From an uncultured Nitrososphaerota archaeon (lineage in GTDB: Archaea > Asgardarchaeota > Njordarchaeia > Njordarchaeales > Njordarchaeaceae), in assembly GCA_964518475.1 (NCBI GenBank), contig CAZFGR010000038.1, forward strand, positions 1-12,414: a stretch of DNA of 12,414 bases, in the 5' to 3' direction. The notes beneath the pieces are model-generated. The model was given only the letters and a program-made list of their open reading frames with translations, searched no databases and was not told where the DNA came from. Both the position numbers and the translations under genes were made by a program. This document shows positions 6,582 through 12,414 of this stretch, one piece after another. The number at the start of each line of letters is the position of its first letter. Within the stretch, counting starts at the first letter, position 1.

Positions 6582-9088
6582 CCTCTGACCCCAGACAAAA
6601 ATTCTTCAAAACTTAAGAGTGTACATTCATGAAGATCCGCTAAGAATAGTTCGGCGTTAACCTTAATCTTGTCCTTGTAACATTTACTGAACGCTTTAAT
6701 GCTATATAGTAGTTTTTTAAGTTCATTTGAATTGTAAATCAGCAACTTTCTGAATGGTATCACAACCCATATTTCCACTTTTCCCAAATTCTCCAAAATC
6801 TCATAATATTTTTGTTCGTCGCTGAGAATATCCTCCAAATATCCCAATATCCTACTAATTTTCGTTTTGACAAAATCTATGGGATAATGTATATTCTTGA
6901 GAGTTTCGACTTCTATAAACAATGTTTTATTACCTTCTTCATCCAATACTTTAGCATAAATATCGACGTAAGATTTTGGCAGTTCTCTTTCAGTTGTTAC
7001 AATAGTTGTTTTAGGCTCGGGCTCATAGAACAGAACACTTTGAAGCGACTGTAAATCTTCATACTTATTTTTAAGATCTTCAAAATCTTCTCCTTCTCGC
7101 ACACCTTCGCTTAGTCTGAAAAGATTTCTAAGATCGTATTCTATTTCCAACACTTTTTCGTTATTTTCTTCTTGAATTTTAATGCAACCGATTTTTTCGA
7201 GTTTTAGGAGAGTATATAGCACTAATAATTTCATCACATAATGTTCCTCGGATTCGTTCTCTAACTTGTAAGTTTTTGGTTTATATTCGTATCTTTTCCG
7301 AAATCTTTCTAATATTTTCCGGATTTCTTTATCAGATTCGAAATTCTCTCTAAGTTCATGAAGTGCTGTAAAAGTATATCTTTTCAAAATTCCTACGAGG
7401 TCGTTAAGGTGGAGATATTTATTAGCATGTGCATATATTTCCTCATTGATGAGGCGAATTTGATTTAATAAATCTCCTTCCCAACGCTTTGATATTGCAA
7501 ATATTTTCATCAACAGACGCACATATTCTGCAAGATTTTGTGAATCAACTGGAGTTATATGCACAACGGATACTTTCGAGAACTCCCTAACGAGTTTTGC
7601 GTACCTACTCTTTAACTCTCTCAATATTTCATATTCATCCATTTCAAGTACCGTTGGGTCATAGACAACGATGTATCTCAAAATACCTTTGTTTAACATT
7701 TTACGAATGACATTTTTCACAAGATGTAATGATAGAAATTCTTCTTTCTTCTCCTTTTCTTTCCCTTTTTTGGCAACCTTTTCTTCGGAAATCTCTACTT
7801 CATTTCTAATAAGAATCATTCGGTAATAATCGTGTATATCATCGGAGAGATATCTATCTAGCGACATAAGTCTTTCCGTGAAAAGCATTAGATTTAACTT
7901 TTCATCTTCTTTAGTAAGTACCGTCTTCGATAATTCTCTTATTCTCTTAGCAATACCGTCATGGACTACCATAATATTCGGGGATCTGCCCATGTCTAAG
8001 ATCTCTAAACTTAGCAATGAAGTTACGAATTCGTACTCGTATGGACCATACACGTATATGAGCTGACTTTCTGAAGAAATTCCTATAGAGAAATCCTTTG
8101 GATAACTTCTAATAATAGGCCAAACGATTTCACTTTTGATACCGTGCGTTCTACCCCTTATCTCCTCTTCTACTTTTTCGAGTTTCCTGCTCATCTTGCG
8201 ACCCTTCTCACTAATTTTTCCTCTTACGAACATTAACTGTATGGGAATTGATTCGTCAAGATATTCTTCATCAAAAGGCACCAGTAGTTTAAGCTTAGGT
8301 ACACATAATACTATCGGTCTTATTAGAATTTCTTCTTTTGATGACAAAGAAACTATGGGAGTGAAGTACGGTTCAGGACAGTACTTTATAACATTATATT
8401 GTGAAAATTCCAACTTTGGAATTTCATTATCATCAAAAACATCTTCTGGAAGTAATTCATACTGCCGAAAAATAAGTCCATCGAATGTACCGGGAGATAC
8501 AATAAGTCGTTTTAACTTTTTAAATCGAAGTTTTGGATGCTTAAACCTTAAAAACGGATACGGAAAATCTGATATCCTTATTTTGGATATCACATCAAAG
8601 TTATCCGATGGTATTTGATTAAAGATCATGGACACATATTCGTGGCATTCGGAAAATAACTCTATTTTCATTAGGAATGTTCTGCTGGCAAAATTGTTGT
8701 AAACCTTTAGAAAAGAAATATCGTGTCCTACGTACAAATTAAAAGTAGTAAAAGTATCTGAAATATTTTCAGTAACATAATATAACCTGAGAGGGTAACA
8801 GAAATCAAATCTTATGATTGAGGGATCTTCTTCTATTGGAATGTCAATATATAAACACCGAAGAGGTATTTTCCAAACGGGAGTAAAGGTAATATACATT
8901 GGTGTTTCGTCAAGGTGGGGTATATCAAAAAATTTCAATATCACGGGAATTTTCTTTTTCTCCTCTTCTCTTGACGGTTTAGTTTCTTCTCTTTTTCTTT
9001 CCCGATGAGGAACTTTCTTTTTCTTCTCTTCCTCGGAATCTTGCTCTATAGGTAACTCTTCTAAGCGACTCCTCTCTATAGTAATCAT
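6578..9088 (-). CDS. ~836-aa multidomain protein with C-terminal PD-(D/E)XK-like nuclease domain (operon gene 2)
   Basis: Numbering from the ORF-track start at 9097: ESEEHYVMK helix (aa 615-623), TTERE strand, VDIY (D712), LFIEVET (E729/E731), then EIWVVIP. This is the ES-x2-H-x3-K ... D ... E-x-E pattern of CoiA-like restriction-endonuclease-fold domains. Start placed at ATG 9088 because the GTG at 9097 lies inside a GGTGA RBS (9098-9094). The CDS is secure; the nuclease call is moderate. Confidence 0.8.
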   Translation of the reverse strand: MITIERSRLEELPIEQDSEEEKKKKVPHRERKREETKPSREEEKKKIPVILKFFDIPHLDETPMYITFTPVWKIPLRCLYIDIPIEEDPSIIRFDFCYPLRLYYVTENISDTFTTFNLYVGHDISFLKVYNNFASRTFLMKIELFSECHEYVSMIFNQIPSDNFDVISKIRISDFPYPFLRFKHPKLRFKKLKRLIVSPGTFDGLIFRQYELLPEDVFDDNEIPKLEFSQYNVIKYCPEPYFTPIVSLSSKEEILIRPIVLCVPKLKLLVPFDEEYLDESIPIQLMFVRGKISEKGRKMSRKLEKVEEEIRGRTHGIKSEIVWPIIRSYPKDFSIGISSESQLIYVYGPYEYEFVTSLLSLEILDMGRSPNIMVVHDGIAKRIRELSKTVLTKEDEKLNLMLFTERLMSLDRYLSDDIHDYYRMILIRNEVEISEEKVAKKGKEKEKKEEFLSLHLVKNVIRKMLNKGILRYIVVYDPTVLEMDEYEILRELKSRYAKLVREFSKVSVVHITPVDSQNLAEYVRLLMKIFAISKRWEGDLLNQIRLINEEIYAHANKYLHLNDLVGILKRYTFTALHELRENFESDKEIRKILERFRKRYEYKPKTYKLENESEEHYVMKLLVLYTLLKLEKIGCIKIQEENNEKVLEIEYDLRNLFRLSEGVREGEDFEDLKNKYEDLQSLQSVLFYEPEPKTTIVTTERELPKSYVDIYAKVLDEEGNKTLFIEVETLKNIHYPIDFVKTKISRILGYLEDILSDEQKYYEILENLGKVEIWVVIPFRKLLIYNSNELKKLLYSIKAFSKCYKDKIKVNAELFLADLHECTLLSFEEFLSGVRG

Positions 9089-9089
9089 A

Positions 9090-9821
9090 CTAATCACCAG
9101 AGGCTCCCTTATAATATTTTAGAACCGCGTATAACAGTCTATCTTTTCCATCTATCTCTCGGATAACCCCTATTTCACGCAAGAAGTAATAAAGATCCTC
9201 TGCAACCTTAAAGGCCTTATTATCTGTACTTTTTAAATCTTTGAATATTTCCTCTGGAGGGGGGACTTCTGCTGATGTGTAAAATTTACAGCGGGGATCA
9301 TATTCACTTTTACACCTGCCCTGATCGCCTTTAAGAGCATTCACTATCGCTTCTAAGTATTGTTTTATCTCGCTCTTCTTTATTCTGATACCTAATTTCT
9401 CTACTTGATCTGCCCACCTCTTTATTGCGTCCTCAATAAGTTCTCCAAATTTCTTTTCTAAATCGTCCATTCTCTGACCGTATGCCTCTAATGCCTCGTT
9501 GAACAGTTCTTTAATCTCATCTTTATCTAAGTATTCAAACATTTCTGCAAGAAAGATCAGGATATTTCTTATAAATCCATTTTCAATTATTATTTTTTCG
9601 GAGATGCTTAATCCAAGTCTTTCTAATTTTTCATTAGGATACTCATTGTAATTCTTAAGAAAACCATAAATATGTCGCCTTTCCGGTGATAGTATTGCCA
9701 GTGCTACTAAATTATTATATGCAGGCGATAACGCTTTAATCGCTAGATATATTCTCTGCAGGGCATCTTCAACTTTTAACTGTTCTCTTTTACTTGACAT
9801 TAAGCCCATACCCCGCTCCAT
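9090..9821 (-). CDS. 243-aa protein, possible C-terminal winged helix-turn-helix (operon gene 1)
   Basis: Intact ORF whose stop lies 1 nt before the proposed next start. The C-terminal PPEEIFKDL...AEDLYYFLREIGVIREIDGKDRLLY resembles a wHTH recognition helix plus wing. Alternative ATG starts at 9809 and 9800. Confidence 0.85.
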   Translation of the reverse strand: MERGMGLMSSKREQLKVEDALQRIYLAIKALSPAYNNLVALAILSPERRHIYGFLKNYNEYPNEKLERLGLSISEKIIIENGFIRNILIFLAEMFEYLDKDEIKELFNEALEAYGQRMDDLEKKFGELIEDAIKRWADQVEKLGIRIKKSEIKQYLEAIVNALKGDQGRCKSEYDPRCKFYTSAEVPPPEEIFKDLKSTDNKAFKVAEDLYYFLREIGVIREIDGKDRLLYAVLKYYKGASGD

Positions 9822-9849
9822 GCACTAATTATTACGATTGAACATCGAG

Positions 9850-9864
9850 TTTTATACTTTTCTT
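9850..9864 (-). promoter_or_regulatory. Archaeal BRE + TATA box for the five-gene operon
   Basis: Minus strand AAGAAAAG-TATAAAA (purine-rich BRE 9864-9857, TATA 9856-9850), ending 28 nt before ATG 9821. This spacing fits a short-leader transcript. Confidence 0.7.
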
Positions 9865-10084
9865 AATAATTTATTATAGTTTCCAATGGTAAATTGAACG
9901 CCAATAACATGCCTGAACGTTCATAATCTGATGAATTTAGGTTTTCCGGCCGAACTCATTATTTTGAGAAAAATTATTAGGGATTAAGGCTATTTGAACC
10001 AAAAAATAGTTATCATAAGAGGAAAGGTTATCTAAGGCTTTATTGCGGAGTTATTTGGAATATCAACCAATTGTCGTGAGAGGT

Positions 10085-10707
10085 ATGAGATATAAAGAGA
10101 TACGTGATATTGCTTTTAATATTCGTGTTGATGTGTCCGATTGTTATAGCAACGGAAGTGCAGGTGGCGGCTGCGATAATGGAAAACATACTTGCTACAG
10201 GGTGTCTGAAGCTTTACTCTGCGAACGGCACGGAAATTCCGATTTGCGAGAAAGTGGGGGAGGAAATTATAAATATCAAGGCGAGAACATGACCGCCGAC
10301 GTTTACATAAGCGCTAGTGTTTATGTTCTTGAGTACTGGTACGACCCAGTACTGCTACATTCCACGTGAAGCACCTACCAAATATTTACTGGGCATAAGG
10401 CGAGTTTCAAGGTGCACGGTTATGGCCTTTTCTATGCGCACATTAGTAGGAGTCATCTGAGGCCGGTTGCGATGTGGCAGATGGTCAACGGGACGCCGGT
10501 CATGGTGGATTTTAACTGTACGGAGAGTGTTGACTGTGTCGGTAGGGAAGTATGGAACGTGACGCGCTGATACACTTTTCCACGACGGAGATCATAATAT
10601 TGAGCCCGATGATTATTTTGACAGTGATATTGATAGCAGTTCCAGCGGCACTGTTTGTGCGGTACATAAGGAGGAGACGAAGGGTGAAAGCTTCTCAGGA
10701 GGTTTGA
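10085..10707 (+). pseudogene. Disrupted secreted, C-terminally membrane-anchored surface glycoprotein (~205 aa when reconstructed)
   Basis: GAGAGGT RBS then ATG 10085. Joining frames gives MRYK/YVILLLIFVLMCPIVIA (signal peptide)...SANGTEIPICEK.../ENMTADVYISASVYVLEYWYDPVLLHST*STYQIFTGHKASFKVHGYG...VNGTPVMVDFNCTES...WNVT/ALIHFSTTEIIILSPMIILTVILIAVPAALFVRYIRRRRRVKASQEV*. Three frameshifts (~10095, ~10280, ~10564), one internal TGA (10367-10369) and five N-x-T sequons. Confidence 0.8.
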
Positions 10708-10855
10708 TGTCTCGGGGCCGGTTCAGAGGTGCAAGGACGGGCAATTTACAAGGTCATACTGTTATTATCCTTTTTGATCTCAGCCACAAATGAAGATCCA
10801 CTTGTAAGTAGTGAGATGTTGTCTTACACTTATTATAATCTGCCGTTTGGCATGG

Positions 10856-11053
10856 TTAGTGCTCTCTAGTGAGTTGTTCTTCTGCGGTTCTGCTTATGAG
10901 TTCTGGTTGGAGTGAGGCTTTTATTTTCACCTTTTTGACGAGTTTTAGTAATTCTTCTAGGGGGTCTTTAGAGGGTTCTAAGGATGTTTTCTCTTCATTA
11001 AGGCGGAGCTTATCTGTTCTTCCGTGCTTGTTCTCTCTGGGAGCTGTATTCAT
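10856..11053 (-). CDS. Small protein resembling a degenerate AbrB/MazE/VapB-type antitoxin; possibly a pseudogene
   Basis: GGTGA RBS followed by ATG 11053. NKHGR resembles the AbrB D-x-x-GR turn and EEKTSLEPSKDPLEELLKL resembles the end of archaeal AbrB-type VapB proteins, but the central IP-x2-IR-x2-LG segment is missing. Confidence 0.5.
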   Translation of the reverse strand: MNTAPRENKHGRTDKLRLNEEKTSLEPSKDPLEELLKLVKKVKIKASLQPELISRTAEEQLTREH

Positions 11054-11111
11054 GTTAATCACCGTCCATTAATCTTGCGGGTTACCGTGAGTTATATGTG
11101 ATATTAAAATA

Positions 11112-11119
11112 TTCCACAA
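11112..11119 (+). repeat. Left target-site duplication TTCCACAA
   Basis: Identical 8-mer immediately outside both terminal inverted repeats (11112-11119 and 12078-12085). Confidence 0.95.
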
Positions 11120-11142
11120 CGCTCTTGGCTCTAAGCTACATG
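11120..11142 (+). repeat. Left terminal inverted repeat of the IS1595-family element
   Basis: CGCTCTTGGCTCTAAGCTACATG versus the reverse complement of 12055-12077, CGCTCTTAGTCCTAAGCTACATG. Confidence 0.95.
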
Positions 11143-11173
11143 TTTTTATGACCAATCTGCTCCCCTACAACAT

Positions 11174-12066
11174 ATGAGCCGGGCCAGGCTGAAGCTGACG
11201 CGCACCGACGAGCAGGTCCTCCGGATGCTCCGCAGCCACAGATGGCCGAACGGAGTAATATGCCCATTTTGCCGCTCTCAAAAAATCATACACTACGGCA
11301 GGGCATCCAACAGGCCATACGTCCAGCGGTACCGCTGCAAAAGCTGCGGAAGACAATCCAACGACCTCACCGGAACGCCCCTCGCGTGAACGAAATCGCC
11401 ACCCGGCGAGGTGCTCACCATCGCATACCTTTACTTCAAGCTGGGAATGAGCCAGCTTGCGGTGGCCAGAGAGACGGGGAGAAGCAAAAAGGCCGTCCAG
11501 CGAACGGTCAGGCTCTTCGGAAGATCCATAGAAACCTGGTTTCGCATCCTTGAAGCTCAGGGGCGAAATGGAGGCCGATGAGGCGTACGTCCCGCTCGGC
11601 GGAAAGGGCAAGAAGCAAGTAAAGCCCAAAAGGCGTGGGGGACGCTGCACCGAGCGGAAGAGGCCATTCTCCACACTGGTCGAGCGGGGCTCCCGAAAAA
11701 CGCTCTACCTGGCCGGAAGGAACGCGAATAGTGGAACGGTGGCCTCGGTTCTGCTGAGGCATGTCGAGCCCGGTAGTACTGTGTACACCGACGAGTTTTC
11801 GCGGCTACAGGCGCATAAGCCGGCTAGGCTATGAGCACTTCCACGTCAGGCATTCTAGGCGTGTTTACGCGATCGGGTCCGTGCATGTGAACAATGCGGA
11901 GAGCGGGAATTGGCATCTCAGGGCTTTCCTGTTTTTCAAGCGCGGGACTGATCTGTCACACGCAGAATTCTACGCCGCCGCGGCCTCGGCCTTCGTAAGG
12001 CTTTATGCCGAGGGCCCGCTACAAACATGCCACTGGCTACTGGAGGTGGTCCACCATGTAGCTTAG
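11174..12066 (+). pseudogene. IS1595-family transposase, disrupted
   Basis: Zn ribbon RWPNGVICPFC...YRCKSC...DLTGTPL, internal TGA at 11387-11389, HTH-like MSQLAVARETGRSKKAV, a frameshift near 11510-11550, EADEAY (first catalytic D), STVYTDE (second D), a frameshift near 11795-11800, then HFHVRHS...VHVNNAES and TAG at 12064-12066. Confidence 0.93.
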
Positions 12067-12077
12067 GACTAAGAGCG
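12055..12077 (-). repeat. Right terminal inverted repeat of the IS1595-family element
   Basis: CATGTAGCTTAGGACTAAGAGCG; contains the transposase stop codon. Confidence 0.95.
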
Positions 12078-12085
12078 TTCCACAA
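12078..12085 (+). repeat. Right target-site duplication TTCCACAA
   Basis: Exact copy of 11112-11119. Confidence 0.95.
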
Positions 12086-12253
12086 TTTGTGATATTGTAC
12101 ATCATAGTGATGTTTGTTTTTATGGTGAGAGATTTAATGTCGGTGTATTAAAAATTGGAGGCGTTGCGACGGAAAAGCTAAATGTTAAAGAATTGGAGGA
12201 CGAAAGTTCGCGTAAAGTATTTCTATTTATTAAAAAGATAGTAGTGGGCAGGG

Positions 12254-12414
12254 TTACAGTTCTTCTTCGATTAGGAGCTCGAGGTTTACGAGGAGGGAGG
12301 GGTCGTGTTTTCCGCCTGCGTCTTTGAGCCATCTTCTTTCTTTCTCGTAGACCTCTCGTAGGGTTTTGAATATTTTTTTGAGGTATGGTGCGACGGTGCT
12401 GTTTTTCATTCTTC
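12254..12414 (-). CDS. 3' end of an unidentified gene entering from the right edge (not in the ORF track)
   Basis: Minus frame from 12412 reads RMKNSTVAPYLKKIFKTLREVYEKERRWLKDAGGKHDPSLLVNLELLIEEEL* (TAA 12256-12254). Protein-like amphipathic composition, and the frame is open to the window edge. Confidence 0.65.
   Translation of the reverse strand, partial: RMKNSTVAPYLKKIFKTLREVYEKERRWLKDAGGKHDPSLLVNLELLIEEEL

Larger units (their letters stand above)
11120..12077 (+). mobile_element. Complete 958-bp IS1595-family insertion sequence, ISH4 group
   Basis: 23-bp terminal inverted repeats (20/23 identical) beginning CGCTCTT, the ISH4-group end signature. 8-bp direct repeat, ~1 kb length, IS1595-type transposase, high GC (37/60 at 11581-11640). 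Confidence 0.95.

Noticed and set aside
883-9008. Many plus-strand ORFs of 60-160 aa inside the operon
   Set aside because: They are Ser/Phe/Leu-rich antisense shadows of Lys/Glu-rich minus-strand genes, with no recognisable motifs.
474-9821. Assignment as BREX, Wadjet/MksBEFG, Lamassu, Avs or a restriction-modification system
   Set aside because: No methyltransferase motifs, PglZ, Toprim, TPR array or split ABC/SMC ATPase with a signature motif were seen. Walker A and B lie together in one N-terminal AAA+-like domain.
10708-10855. Possible C/D-box sRNA or hairpins (TGTAAG/CTTACA at 10803-10828, TGCC-GTTT-GGCA at 10841-10852)
   Set aside because: No properly paired C box and D box; the stems are too short to distinguish from chance.
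11165-11762. ORFs 11165..11674 (-), 11508..11762 (-) and 11242..11553 (+) as IS passenger genes
   Set aside because: They overlap the transposase pseudogene and are expected in GC-rich sequence; no motifs.
11174-12066. Programmed frameshifting or stop-codon readthrough producing an active transposase
   Set aside because: It would need one readthrough plus at least two shifts, no canonical slippery heptamer is evident, and IS1595 transposases are normally single ORFs.
1-12077. Composite transposon carrying the operon
   Set aside because: The two flanking IS elements belong to different families, and the right one has its own target duplication, indicating independent insertion.
12120-12332. 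70-aa Arg/Pro-rich minus ORF from the track
   Set aside because: It overlaps, in another frame, the more protein-like ORF ending at 12254 and has low-complexity composition.
1-12414. CRISPR array, tRNA or rRNA
   Set aside because: No regularly spaced 24-40 bp repeats and no cloverleaf or rRNA-like sequence seen; the non-coding gaps are short.

Overview
AT-rich window of probable archaeal, likely thermophile, origin (GGTGA/AGGAGG ribosome-binding sites, a BRE-TATA promoter, Glu/Lys/Ile-rich proteins). Its core is an intact, tightly coupled five-gene minus-strand operon (9821->474) with a candidate promoter and terminator. In order it encodes a 243-aa protein with a possible winged helix, an ~836-aa protein with a C-terminal PD-(D/E)XK-like nuclease domain, a 1252-aa P-loop AAA+/STAND-like ATPase with a helical C-terminus, a 109-aa helical protein and a 670-aa coiled-coil protein. 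No methyltransferase, PglZ, SMC-type or cas gene is visible, and I cannot assign the operon to a named system; it is the best candidate for an undescribed defence or nucleic-acid-processing system. Left of it is the 3' end of a GC-rich IS4-like (probably ISH3-family) insertion sequence. To the right lie a frameshifted membrane-anchored glycoprotein pseudogene, a degenerate AbrB/VapB-like ORF, a complete 958-bp IS1595-family (ISH4 group) element with a broken transposase and 8-bp target duplication, and the 3' end of an unknown gene. All domain calls were read by eye; no searches were run.
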